A model generated the notes under the pieces. That model searched no databases, was not told the origin of the DNA, and saw only the letters and a program-made list of their open reading frames with translations. Positions 9,415 to 18,410 of a stretch of 64,000 nucleotides of DNA are shown piece by piece (the stretch's first letter is position 1; each line of letters starts with the position of its first letter). Where the stretch lies: the NCBI GenBank assembly GCA_963774955.1, contig CAVZGV010000006.1:8354-72353 (forward strand), given 5' to 3'. This DNA comes from Candidatus Falkowbacteria bacterium. GTDB taxonomy: Bacteria; Patescibacteriota; Patescibacteriia; CAIXNZ01. Both the position numbers and the translations under genes were made by a program.

Positions 9415-9689
9415 GACCTTCCTCCCCTTTTTTGGTTTTTTGTTAAATGTTCAATTCCCCGATTTACAATCTAGGTTTTTACAGGCGGGAAATAGGGATA
9501 AGCATATGCCCATTTCTCACCTGGATAAAACCCTACTTGTTTACATTTTATTCATTTGTAAGGTACTTTTGAATTGACCTAGAAATAAAAATGTTAACAA
9601 GCTTTTTTTAATTTTTCTTTCTTAATTTTCTGGCCCCCAAGCTTTGGGCTTAAGAGGCTCCTTAATTATATGAATAATTGAAGGTTAAA

Positions 9690-10121
9690 TTAGACATCCA
9701 GACCCTGCAAGGCTTCAGCGATATCCACACTTTGCTTTTCTGTTCCCTTTTTATATTTATTCCAATTATCTTCATCCCAAATTTCTAAACGATTATATAA
9801 ACCGGCGATAATGGTTTTTTTCTTAATCCCGCCAAACTGCCTCAAATATTCCGGTAAAACTATTCTACCCTGCTTATCCAACTGGATATCCATAGCACCT
9901 GCCAGCATCAAACGGGCAAAAGCGCGGGTGTTAGCTTTGCTAATGGGCATAGCAGCCAACTTTGGTGCCAGTTTTTCCCATTCTTCCATGGTATATAAAA
10001 ACAAACAATTATCTAATCCTTTAGTCACGACAACACCTTTACTTAATTTCGCCCTAAACTTGACTGGTACTGCCAGCCTGCCCTTTTCATCCAAATTGTG
10101 TTGGTATTCACCGATAAACAT
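9690..10121 (-). CDS. mraZ: Transcriptional regulator MraZ
   Basis: 143 aa. Begins MFIGEYQHNLDEKGRLAVPVKFRAKL… and has the tandem MraZ/UPF0040 repeats. Lies upstream of rsmH. Confidence 0.9.
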   Translation of the reverse strand: MFIGEYQHNLDEKGRLAVPVKFRAKLSKGVVVTKGLDNCLFLYTMEEWEKLAPKLAAMPISKANTRAFARLMLAGAMDIQLDKQGRIVLPEYLRQFGGIKKKTIIAGLYNRLEIWDEDNWNKYKKGTEKQSVDIAEALQGLDV

Positions 10122-10179
10122 AGTTGGATTTTAGATTTTGGATCTTAAATTCTGGATTTTAGTGGAAATGACCGATTTT

Positions 10180-10240
10180 GAGTTATCCACAGATATATCG
10201 ACCTATCCCCACTTTTATCCACATTACTCCCCTATACATC
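10180..10240 (-). promoter_or_regulatory. Phased GTGGR direct repeats (10-bp period) overlapping/just downstream of mraZ promoter; two copies equal the DnaA-box 9-mer TTATCCACA
   Basis: The minus strand reads GGGGAgtaatGTGGAtaaaaGTGGGgatag…ctGTGGAtaac. TTATCCACA occurs on the plus strand at 10183..10191 and 10215..10223. Confidence 0.45.
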
Positions 10241-10241
10241 C

Positions 10242-10270
10242 ATTATACTCCACTAAGCTATCCGCGTCAA
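10242..10270 (-). promoter_or_regulatory. Sigma-70-like promoter for mraZ operon (TTGACG-17-TATAAT)
   Basis: Reverse complement reads TTGACGcggatagcttagtggagTATAAT. Confidence 0.6.
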
Positions 10271-10376
10271 CCACTTTATACACAGGGCAATTTCCCTTTA
10301 AATTAAAGACTTTATAAGCCATGTGTATAAATAAATCACCTAAATATTGCCTATTGTGGATTCAATTATGTGGCTC

Positions 10377-10408
10377 GGAATCCAATTCCCTATTGGGAAT
10401 TGGATTCC
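10377..10408. repeat. Perfect 14-bp inverted repeat with 4-nt loop (GGAATCCAATTCCC-TATT-GGGAATTGGATTCC)
   Basis: Read directly from the sequence. No U-tract follows it. Confidence 0.7.
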
Positions 10409-10448
10409 TAACCTCCCAATATTCTTTACCTACGCCATTCGCATTAAA

Positions 10449-10482
10449 TAAAAAACCGCCACAACTTCGCAGTTGGGCGGTA
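10449..10482 (-). terminator. Intrinsic terminator after 10507..10779 gene
   Basis: The minus strand reads CCGCCCAACTGCGAAGTTGTGGCGG followed by TTTTTTATT. Confidence 0.6.
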
Positions 10483-10506
10483 ATATTAACTTGATTATGA
10501 ATCCAG

Positions 10507-10779
10507 CTATTTTTGGGTCAAATCGGCATTGACTATAATCAACCCGATTTCAGGCGCAAAAGCCACGATTTCAAAATCTTGACCTTCGCAGCCTTTTTCA
10601 CACAATGCAGCTTGGACATAAGCCGACAAAGGCTGGTTAGCGTGAGCAATATGACCGATACGGTCTTTGCCCCAATAATCATCCTCCATACCGGAACAAT
10701 ATCGTTCTTCCGGCTTTTTGAAGATGATCTTGGCTCCGCCTGTAAACCTGGTATTCGGATCAATTGGCTGATCGCTCAT
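10507..10779 (-). CDS. Hypothetical 90-aa protein (GC-elevated)
   Basis: AAGGAGGAACAA RBS followed by ATG. Contains Cys residues (CSG…CEKGCEG). Confidence 0.4.
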   Translation of the reverse strand: MSDQPIDPNTRFTGGAKIIFKKPEERYCSGMEDDYWGKDRIGHIAHANQPLSAYVQAALCEKGCEGQDFEIVAFAPEIGLIIVNADLTQK

Positions 10780-10794
10780 TTGTTCCTCCTTTAC

Positions 10795-11091
10795 TTAAAC
10801 AAAGTATCCTTTGCAAATATCGGCAAATTCCGGGCCGACTGTTTCGGCCATTAGCCGGTCATGTTCAGGCAATAAGTCTTTGATTGCCTGAGTGACTTTG
10901 GAAATCTGCCGGGCATTGCCTAAGGCCAAAATCACGGCCCTGCCTCCGAAATAATGCCAGTCAACTTTTTGACCGGACATTTGGGCCACTTGCTTAACCC
11001 ATTTTTCGATTTTTTCCGCCGGAATACTGTGGGTGGTAAAAAGGTGGGTGCCTTTCCTGTGAATTTTGTCATTACAAGGTTTCAGTCCCAT
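10795..11091 (-). CDS. Hypothetical 98-aa protein (GC-elevated)
   Basis: AAGGAGGAGAGTA RBS followed by ATG. Confidence 0.4.
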   Translation of the reverse strand: MGLKPCNDKIHRKGTHLFTTHSIPAEKIEKWVKQVAQMSGQKVDWHYFGGRAVILALGNARQISKVTQAIKDLLPEHDRLMAETVGPEFADICKGYFV

Positions 11092-11118
11092 TACTCTCCT
11101 CCTTTTGTTTGATTGTGT

Positions 11119-11592
11119 TCAGCTATTTTTTCCTATGGTTATATTAGGATTACGATTATAAAAAGGGCTGATATATTTACCTCCTTTTGCTCTATAAATT
11201 TTACTTAAACCCAACTTAACTAATTCATCATTATCTGTCAAGCCTTTTTTATTCATTATCCCGATTACTGGTATTTTCAAAGTATAAGCTAAAGTATTGG
11301 CCACAGTACAGGTAATTCTTAGCGAAGTAAACGGGCCAGGGCCGGTTACGGCCATGATTCCAGTCAAATCAATGTTTTTAACTTTATTAGCCTTTAAAAT
11401 CTGCTCAATAGATTTTAACAAATATTCAGTCACTTTATAATCCCCGGATTGGCTGAGCTTATCTAAAATCTTATTTCCTGAAATCAAAAAAACATCCAAG
11501 TCCTTATCCTTAGATGTATTTAAAAACAAGATGTATTGTTTATTCTTTTTCTTCGTCATCCAAGACAGTAATTTTATTAAATATTTCATCAA
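11119..11592 (-). CDS. tsaB: tRNA t6A biosynthesis protein TsaB (YeaZ-like, short)
   Basis: Contains a GPGPFTSLRI motif in a Kae1/YeaZ-like fold. The true start may be an internal Met near 11559. Confidence 0.55.
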   Translation of the reverse strand: MMKYLIKLLSWMTKKKNKQYILFLNTSKDKDLDVFLISGNKILDKLSQSGDYKVTEYLLKSIEQILKANKVKNIDLTGIMAVTGPGPFTSLRITCTVANTLAYTLKIPVIGIMNKKGLTDNDELVKLGLSKIYRAKGGKYISPFYNRNPNITIGKNS

Positions 11593-12160
11593 TCATGACA
11601 ATCTTATCGGCGTCCAAGATGGAATACAAAAATTTATCAGCCACACTGCGTCTATAATCAAATTCTTCTTTACTTAAAAAGGTATAATTAATTTCGCGTC
11701 TGAAATCCTTTTCAAAATTCTTGACAATTTTCTCAAATTTTTTCTTATTCAAATTACCGACGATTAACATATCAATCGGTAAATCCTTATCCCCGACAAA
11801 AAAACCGGTTAAAGCCAAGAAAAATACTTTGCCCGTCTTTTTCAAGGAAGTAGCGAAATTCTTTTCCAGAAGAAATTGGGCTTTTTGAAATGTTGATTTT
11901 AGTTCAGGGAAAATAATAAACTTAGTATTAACCTGATAAAATTTACACTTGGAATTCTGAGAGGTCTCTTCGGCTTTAAGCGTGACTATTTCCTTGATTA
12001 CTCCCAATTCTTCCAAGTTCTGTAATTCACGCCTAACCGCATTAATTTGTGAATTCAAAGCCCTGGTCAGTTCTCTGACAAAATACTTACCCTCCGGATT
12101 GCTTAAAAACACATGCAAAAGCTTGCATCTTGTTTGTGAACCAAATAATTGTTCAAGCAT
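11540..12160 (-). CDS. Winged-helix transcriptional regulator-like protein with C-terminal extension
   Basis: The N-terminal wHTH resembles the ArsR/MarR class (…LLHVFLSNPEGKYFVRELTRALNSQINAVRRELQNLEELGVI…). Confidence 0.4.
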   Translation of the reverse strand: MLEQLFGSQTRCKLLHVFLSNPEGKYFVRELTRALNSQINAVRRELQNLEELGVIKEIVTLKAEETSQNSKCKFYQVNTKFIIFPELKSTFQKAQFLLEKNFATSLKKTGKVFFLALTGFFVGDKDLPIDMLIVGNLNKKKFEKIVKNFEKDFRREINYTFLSKEEFDYRRSVADKFLYSILDADKIVMIDEIFNKITVLDDEEKE

Positions 12161-12285
12161 AACTCAAAAATTAGGCTATATAGGCATTGAATAAATTATG
12201 TGTATAACTAGCTTCTAACCCTTGGCAAATTTGCCTATTTTTAGTATAATACAAATATCCAATTTAAGTCAATTAAAGACAAACA

Positions 12286-14532
12286 ATGGCTAATATCCTT
12301 AGTCAATTTTCTCATGTTTTCATTCACTATTATTCAAACAAGACGTCATCGGCTTGTAAGCTTTTTATTAGTGAACCGACGCAAAATCAGGAAAGACTTT
12401 TAGGCCGTCTGTTTGGAATTGTTGAGATTAATACCCCAAGCCGAGAAAACAGCCAGCTAATTAGTCAAATCATCGGTAATTTGGAAGAAGCCTATTACAG
12501 TCAGGCTGAGAATGAAGACCTTGATTTTACCGCCTGCCTGGAAAATTCACTAAAAGAAGTAAACCAACGTTTCAACGAAATGATCCGCAACAGGCAAATT
12601 ACCTTGGTCGGGAATTTGAATGAACAGACCATTAAAGAAAAGATCAATCTGGGTATCGGTGTGCTCAAAGAAAATCAGCTTTTCCTATCCTATCTTAATA
12701 ATATTAACATCTACTTGATTCACAAAACCAAGCAAGATTACAAAATAATTGATATTAAAAAAGTCGCTCAGGAAGGAAACAGTGCCGAAGCAACTCAGGC
12801 TACGAACTTATTTGCGAATATTATTTCAGGGGAATTAAATCCTCCTGATTTTTTAATTTTAGCCAACGGCAGTTTTTTAAATTACATAACCACTGAACGT
12901 GTTCAAAAAATTGTCACCTCTTTACCGATTCATAAAGCAGCTGAATATTTTAAAAATTCTTTACTCCAATATGAGGGTTATAATTTTGCTTCCATAATTA
13001 TAAAAAACAGCCCTAGCCAAGCAGAAGAAGCCAAGGAACCGGCATCTTTAACCTCAATTACAGAATTGAATTTTACCGAATCAACTACTGAAAAACTGCT
13101 GGCTCCGTCGATTTTAAACATAATCAAAAATTTTCTGGCTAAAATATATACTCTGTTAAAACGTTCTTCCACAGTCAAGAAAATTAACAACAAAACTGAA
13201 AAAGCCAGCTCAGAATCAACTGAAACTGTGAGTGTGCCGCAAGATAAAGAACCAAAAGCTTCCGTCACAACAGTGAGCGCTTTCGATAATTATTTCAGAA
13301 GTGTTAAAAGAGGTCTTAAAAGTATAGGCCAAAAATTTTCAAACAGCCAACTAATTGAAAATCTGAAAACTTTCTTGCGCATCAAGTCAGCCTATCTCGG
13401 ACATTTACTCCGAAAAATACCGAACTTCAGTAAATTTTTATTACTGTTTGCAAGCATTTTAATAATTTTATTTGTTTTTAGCGTTACTTATTTCAAACAG
13501 AAACAAGGTCAGACTATCTCCCAAAAAGAATACCAGGAATTGATCACCCAAATTCAGGAAAAGAAAAATCAATCAGAATCTGACCTGATTTATGGCGATG
13601 AGACCAAAGCCAGGACCAGTATAGGTGAAGCTCAGGTTTTATTAGCCTCACTACCGATTGATTCCAAGAGAGAAAAAGAAGTTCACGATAGCCTAAATCA
13701 AGAGCTTATGACCGTGGTGGCCAAACTGCGCAAAATTACTATTATTAATGATCCGCTCTTGGTTGCCGACCTCTCGGCACAACAGGATAATAACATAGAT
13801 ATCCAAAATATTGTATTACAAAATAATAATATTTTTGCTTTTGATTCTATCAATAATAACAGCTACACGATAAACATTGAAAGCCGCAATATCCAAAAAA
13901 ACCTGACAAATCTTAATGATATTGGCAAAATCGTCAAAGCCAGAAAAATAGCTGACAAAATTTTACTTTACCATGATAAGAACGGTTTCGTAGAATATAA
14001 TGATAATAAATATTCCCCTTTCTCGGTTGCTTTAAACCCGAATGCAAGTATTGCGGATTTTGCCGATTATAACAGCAGATTATATGTATTGGATATCGGT
14101 AATAATCAAATTATTCGACAGCCTCAAACTGATAACGGTTATGGCCCCGGAATAAACTGGTTCAAGACTGCGCAGGATATAAAAGATATTATAGCCTTAT
14201 CAATAGATACCAACATTTGGCTGTTAGATAAGAAAGGCGCAGTTTTAAAATTCACCAAGGGTATTCTCCAAGCTTTTGAGCTTAAAAATGTTGAGCCGAT
14301 CCTGGAGGCACCGACTAAATTATTTACTAATGACCAAACTAATTTTATTTATATTTTAGAACCAAAAAATAAAAGAATTGTGGTTATTGATAAATCCGGA
14401 GATCTGATTATCCAGTATTATAGCGATACCTTTAGTAATCCCCAGGATTTTGCAGTCTTGGAAAGCGAAAAGAAAATCTTTATTTCCAGTGATAATAAAA
14501 TATACTCTTTTGAGCTGACACATCTGAAATAA
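12286..14532 (+). CDS. Large hypothetical protein with one internal TM helix
   Basis: 748 aa. The only strong hydrophobic segment is LLLFASILIILFVFSVTYF. I cannot assign a family. Confidence 0.5.
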   Translation: MANILSQFSHVFIHYYSNKTSSACKLFISEPTQNQERLLGRLFGIVEINTPSRENSQLISQIIGNLEEAYYSQAENEDLDFTACLENSLKEVNQRFNEMIRNRQITLVGNLNEQTIKEKINLGIGVLKENQLFLSYLNNINIYLIHKTKQDYKIIDIKKVAQEGNSAEATQATNLFANIISGELNPPDFLILANGSFLNYITTERVQKIVTSLPIHKAAEYFKNSLLQYEGYNFASIIIKNSPSQAEEAKEPASLTSITELNFTESTTEKLLAPSILNIIKNFLAKIYTLLKRSSTVKKINNKTEKASSESTETVSVPQDKEPKASVTTVSAFDNYFRSVKRGLKSIGQKFSNSQLIENLKTFLRIKSAYLGHLLRKIPNFSKFLLLFASILIILFVFSVTYFKQKQGQTISQKEYQELITQIQEKKNQSESDLIYGDETKARTSIGEAQVLLASLPIDSKREKEVHDSLNQELMTVVAKLRKITIINDPLLVADLSAQQDNNIDIQNIVLQNNNIFAFDSINNNSYTINIESRNIQKNLTNLNDIGKIVKARKIADKILLYHDKNGFVEYNDNKYSPFSVALNPNASIADFADYNSRLYVLDIGNNQIIRQPQTDNGYGPGINWFKTAQDIKDIIALSIDTNIWLLDKKGAVLKFTKGILQAFELKNVEPILEAPTKLFTNDQTNFIYILEPKNKRIVVIDKSGDLIIQYYSDTFSNPQDFAVLESEKKIFISSDNKIYSFELTHLK

Positions 14533-14553
14533 ATATAAATTTTAAACGTTAAA

Positions 14554-14588
14554 AGAGCTCCGCGCCGCGGAGCTCTTATTTTTTCCTT
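14554..14588. terminator. Bidirectional intrinsic terminator
   Basis: AAAAGAGCTCCGCG-CCGCGGAGCTCTTATTTTTT. Confidence 0.75.
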
Positions 14589-14596
14589 TTTATGGA

Positions 14597-14833
14597 TTAA
14601 ATTACGGTGCCGGCTATCGGCTTATCCACTGCATACGAGATCCAGACCGTGTGATGGCCACCGCATCCGCACTTGTAGCCACGGCCACCCTGACTGTCCA
14701 GGTCGAAAGATTTCCAGGGAGTGTGACATTCGGCACAGATACCGTTATTCCAGGCCTTTTTTTCCGAGGAACGAGCCCAGAAGCCTCCGGCAACCAGTAA
14801 AGCCACCAAAACCAACACAATTCCTAAATGCAT
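14597..14833 (-). CDS. Small membrane protein with Cys/His cluster (CAECH…CGCGGHH)
   Basis: AAGGAGGCAAAC RBS followed by ATG (MHLGIVLVLVALLVAGG…). The longer ORF to 14935 lacks an RBS. Confidence 0.45.
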   Translation of the reverse strand: MHLGIVLVLVALLVAGGFWARSSEKKAWNNGICAECHTPWKSFDLDSQGGRGYKCGCGGHHTVWISYAVDKPIAGTVI

Positions 14834-14961
14834 GTTTGCCTCCTTTGACCTTGAGAATTGAATCATTAAAGCTTTGATGAAAACAATACCAATATAATAG
14901 CATGTTTTTAAAAATTTGTCAATGTCTTTATCCACCTTAGACGCTACAAAGGGAATAAAAC

Positions 14962-14990
14962 AAAAAACCCCGCAAAGCAGGGTTTTTTGG
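14962..14990. terminator. Intrinsic terminator downstream of rplL
   Basis: AAAAAACCCCGCAAAGCAGGGTTTTTTGG. Confidence 0.7.
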
Positions 14991-15001
14991 TATTACGAAG
15001 T

Positions 15002-15400
15002 TTATTTCAAATTCACACTGGCGCCGACTTCTACTAATTTCTTTCTGATTTCTTCGGCTTCTTCTTTTTTCACGCCTGCTTTAATAACTTTAGGTGCGGC
15101 ATCAACCATATCCTTGGCTTCTTTCAAGCCTAAACCAGTTACATCTTTGACAATTTTGATCACGCCGATCTTATTATCACCTACGGCAGACAATTCAATA
15201 TCGAATTCTGACTTAGCAGGTGCTGCATCAGCAGCAGCAGCTGGACCAGCCATCATGGCCATAGGAGCAGCAGCGCTAACGCCGAATTTGTCTTCCAGGA
15301 CTTTGACTAATTCAGCCAGGTCCAAAACAGACATTTTTTCAATTTCCGCAACCAAATCCTTGAATTTAGCCGGGACTTCAACTTTCTTTTCTTCTGACAT
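15002..15400 (-). CDS. rplL: 50S ribosomal protein L7/L12
   Basis: [33 protein letters not shown]… Ala-rich hinge …KEAKDMVD…[20 protein letters not shown]. Confidence 0.95.
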   Translation of the reverse strand: MSEEKKVEVPAKFKDLVAEIEKMSVLDLAELVKVLEDKFGVSAAAPMAMMAGPAAAADAAPAKSEFDIELSAVGDNKIGVIKIVKDVTGLGLKEAKDMVDAAPKVIKAGVKKEEAEEIRKKLVEVGASVNLK

Positions 15401-15452
15401 ATTTTTGAAGTTAATTAGTTTATTAATTTATTGGTTAATTAGTTATATTTAA

Positions 15453-15977
15453 TTACACTTTGGAATCTTTAATGCCATTTAAGACATTCATTAAACCACG
15501 AATATTGGCTGCCAGCACATTCACAAAGCCGGAAACCGGTGAATTTATGCTGCGTACCAATTGGGCCAATAATTCCACTTTGGAAGGGATTTTTGATAAA
15601 GCCATCACCTGATCCAGATCAATAAACTTATTTTCCATGATACCACCTATCAAATTAAGGGCTTTATGTTCCTTGGAATAATTAGCAATAATTTTTGCTG
15701 GTGCCACTTCGTCTTCCAAGCCAATGACCAAAGCGATATTACCTTGCAAACCTTTAACATCAATATCTTTTAAACCTGCTTCTTCCAAGGCCCTTTGGAT
15801 TAAGGTCTTTTTGGCAACAATATACTGGACATTTTGCTTTTTACATAAGCTTTTGATTTCAGAGGCTTCTTTGACTTTCAAGCCTTTATAATCAGCAAAA
15901 ACCAAGCTTTTAAAACCTTTAAGCTTAGCAGTTAAATCTTGCAAAGACTGTTCTTTTTGAATTCTTGTTTTAGCCAT
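15453..15977 (-). CDS. rplJ: 50S ribosomal protein L10
   Basis: 174 aa. L10 N-terminus (MAKTRIQKEQSLQDLTAKLKGFKSLVFADYKGLKV). Lies upstream of rplL. Confidence 0.9.
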   Translation of the reverse strand: MAKTRIQKEQSLQDLTAKLKGFKSLVFADYKGLKVKEASEIKSLCKKQNVQYIVAKKTLIQRALEEAGLKDIDVKGLQGNIALVIGLEDEVAPAKIIANYSKEHKALNLIGGIMENKFIDLDQVMALSKIPSKVELLAQLVRSINSPVSGFVNVLAANIRGLMNVLNGIKDSKV

Positions 15978-15995
15978 AGAGTTATATAGGTTAGA

Positions 15996-16040
15996 TGAAC
16001 CACGAAAATATTTGACGAAATAACACGAAATTTCCGTGTA
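15996..16040 (-). promoter_or_regulatory. CACGAAA-type palindromic motif in rplJ leader (shared with 36789..36862)
   Basis: GAACCACGAAAATATTTGACGAAATAACACGAAATTTCCGTG. The imperfect palindrome CACGAAATTTCCGTG sits at 16024..16038. Confidence 0.4.
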
Positions 16041-16206
16041 TTTTCATGATTAAAATTTAGCGGTTCAATATTCATTATAAATAAAAAAATCTGCGCATTA
16101 CCGCAGAAAATCAATAGCCATATGCTATTAGCCATTAGCTATAAACTAATGTGTAACCTCGATAGGATTTATGCTTTGCAGCCACCTATTGTCTGCGGTT
16201 AAATAC

Positions 16207-16234
16207 AGTATACCAGAAGCAAAAAATATGTCAA
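16207..16234 (-). promoter_or_regulatory. Sigma-70-like promoter upstream of rplJ-rplL (TTGACA-16-TATACT)
   Basis: The minus strand reads cTTGACAtattttttgcttctggTATACTg. Confidence 0.6.
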
Positions 16235-16244
16235 GAAAAAAGGG

Positions 16245-16278
16245 CATCTCAGCTGAGAATACCCTTTAACTTGGCTTT
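16245..16278 (-). terminator. Intrinsic terminator after 16279..16545 gene
   Basis: The minus strand reads AGGGTATTCTCAGCTGAGATGCCCTTTTTT. Confidence 0.5.
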
Positions 16279-16545
16279 TTAGGCCACTTTGCCCTTGGCA
16301 ATGGCTGTCAAGGCATCTATGTTGTTTTTTGGTCCCCTGATGCAGATCATGGGCTCACCGTGATTGGTAACCACTTGAGTCACCCTGATGCTAAGCTGAG
16401 CCAATAATTCCGCCAAGTCAGGACGAAGATTGTTCCCTCCGTTAAGCAGACTTTTACCCACAAACCACCTGGTCTCTTCTGCTTCTGTCCTGACAGCTAA
16501 CAGAGGCACTTTCTCCTTCCCTCCATTAGTTCCCTTTTTCGGCAT
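16279..16545 (-). CDS. Hypothetical 88-aa protein (GC-elevated island)
   Basis: Long ORF with atypical composition. No family assigned. Confidence 0.35.
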   Translation of the reverse strand: MPKKGTNGGKEKVPLLAVRTEAEETRWFVGKSLLNGGNNLRPDLAELLAQLSIRVTQVVTNHGEPMICIRGPKNNIDALTAIAKGKVA

Positions 16546-17251
16546 GACAATCCCCTCCTTGCTTCAAGTTAAACCCTCCTGAGGCGACAAAATAAGGATT
16601 TGCACCTTTTTTACCGCCATTTTTACCTTGCAGTTTTTTTAACCTGCGACGTTGTTTCCGATTCATTACGTTATGCCCCTCCTTGTTACAAACTTAAAGA
16701 GCTGACCTATTTGGCCAGCTCTTGGTATTTGAATAATCTCGCGATTTATACACAATTAAACAAGCTGGCTTTGCGTCCGCTAAAAAAGTAATAGGTAAAC
16801 CAAACTTGTTTTATAATATTCATATGTATTAAATTTATCACATGGCTAATTTTTGTCAAGAAATCTGGGGAAAAGTCGAACTTTTTAAAAGAAAAACCCC
16901 GCTGTGTTAAGCGAGGTTTGTTGATTAAGTTGGTTGAGACATAACAGGGCGATACGGATCCTTCCCACCTAAGTCAATTCCGAAGAATTAACCATAGCGG
17001 ACCCTCTCGTACCGGCTTAAGCCTATTGCCAAACGGCCTTCCCCATTTCTCCTTACCATTTCCTAAGAAGTTTGGCGTTCTTATTCAACGGTAAGTTGTT
17101 TTTTACCCTCCCATTTGCTTCAAAATCCAACGTGCAATTTCTAAGCATTTTGGGCTAGGCAGCCTTGTCTCAACCTGGTGGTAACAATACCTTAACAAAG
17201 CCCCAAAAAGTTGTCAAAAAGCCCCTGTGGATAACCACAAAGGCTTTTAGC

Positions 17252-17644
17252 TTAATCCAAGATCAAACCTCCAACATTAGCTGGATCTAGTTTGGTAGTC
17301 CCCATTGGATGGATTATGCCCCACCAGCCAGTGCCGACCATTAAATTAATGGTTCTGCCATTATCAAAAACTAATCTCTCGTCACGTGCATCTGTTTTAC
17401 TTTTACCCATCCATTGTTTCCAACTACCATGAAGACCGGCACTTTGAAGATACTCTAACCCAACCCAGGCTATTGGCTGATGAAGAATTTTTTCAGCCAG
17501 CCATTCAGTGTAAATCCGTAAAAACCCTGTGGGTTTTACCAGAATGTCATAAATTGGTCCACGGATCACTCCGCAAGGCGGGATAAAAAATTCCAGATCA
17601 CCACCGATTACGTCATTTCGACTCATAACTTGCTCCCATCCCAT
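17252..17644 (-). CDS. Hypothetical 130-aa protein (GC-elevated island)
   Basis: ORF. Trp-rich. Confidence 0.35.
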   Translation of the reverse strand: MGWEQVMSRNDVIGGDLEFFIPPCGVIRGPIYDILVKPTGFLRIYTEWLAEKILHQPIAWVGLEYLQSAGLHGSWKQWMGKSKTDARDERLVFDNGRTINLMVGTGWWGIIHPMGTTKLDPANVGGLILD

Positions 17645-17721
17645 TTTCGTTCCTCCCTTCGGTCGTCATAGCTTTAGCGAAGGCGACCTTTAATTTTGAT
17701 TTGAGCAGTTTTAAGACTTGC

Positions 17722-18405
17722 TCAGGTCTGTTTCATCCTGATTCCCTCAGGCTTATAATCCAGAAATTTAAATCTCTTACGAAATAATTCATCTAAAACA
17801 TAAGCTGCGTTGCTTGCATATGAACCGTAATTTTTCACAACTTCAGCCAGCTGTTTTACTTTGTCCGCCCAAACCTTCTTAGTTTCCGGATCTATGCGAA
17901 TAACCAGCAGGACTTCGCACAAATCAACAATTGCCTTTTGCCTATACTCTGCTTCATCTTTAATACAGCCTTTCCAGTGAGGGCTAATCTTCAGCTCCTG
18001 ACAATCTTTAAAAAGCAATTCCAACAACCGTTGGGCAGGATCAAGATCTGGTTCTGGTCCTATGATTATCGGGTTATCAATAGGCCTTATACACATGTAA
18101 TTATCACAGGTGTCTTCAGTTAGGTTTAAAAGCTGCCCGCACCCAGGACACTTTTGAGTCAAGTTTGGGAAGAGCTTTTTACCTTCGGCTGACATGGGTT
18201 CACTGTTAAATTCTTCATCTCCACCATCCCATTGCAGAATAAAATATGGCCGGCCATCCTTAGCATACTCAACGTATTCAGTATAATAATACTTAGTTGA
18301 GTTTGGACCAGGCATAGCTCCCATTTTATAACAGGCTGAACTATACTTATAACTCCTTCCTATCTTTTTCATTTTCTTCCTCCCTTTTTGTTTGGTACTA
18401 AACAA
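17722..18405 (-). CDS. Hypothetical 227-aa protein with CxxC…C cluster (GC-elevated island)
   Basis: ORF. Contains …KCPGCGQLLNLTEDTCDNYMC…. Confidence 0.4.
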   Translation of the reverse strand: MFSTKQKGRKKMKKIGRSYKYSSACYKMGAMPGPNSTKYYYTEYVEYAKDGRPYFILQWDGGDEEFNSEPMSAEGKKLFPNLTQKCPGCGQLLNLTEDTCDNYMCIRPIDNPIIIGPEPDLDPAQRLLELLFKDCQELKISPHWKGCIKDEAEYRQKAIVDLCEVLLVIRIDPETKKVWADKVKQLAEVVKNYGSYASNAAYVLDELFRKRFKFLDYKPEGIRMKQT

Positions 18406-18410
18406 ACTTA

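Noticed and set aside
10183-10223. Possible chromosomal origin (oriC), based on two perfect DnaA boxes (TTATCCACA).
   Set aside because: There are only two boxes. No dnaA/dnaN gene is nearby and no obvious AT-rich unwinding element or box cluster. The spacing and phasing fit MraZ operator repeats better. The observation is kept as a regulatory finding only.
14614-14820. 68-aa ORF in an alternative frame inside the small Cys-rich membrane protein gene (14597..14833).
   Set aside because: It is on the same strand but in a different frame. It lacks an RBS, whereas the 14833 start has AAGGAGG.
16546-17251. tmRNA, RNase P RNA, SRP RNA or a tRNA in the structured non-coding stretch.
   Set aside because: I searched both strands by eye for the RNase P CR-I/CR-II (AGGAAAGUCCGGGCUCC-like), the tmRNA tRNA-like 3' end (GGUUCGAAUCC…CCA), the SRP domain IV motif and the tRNA T-loop. 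None was present.
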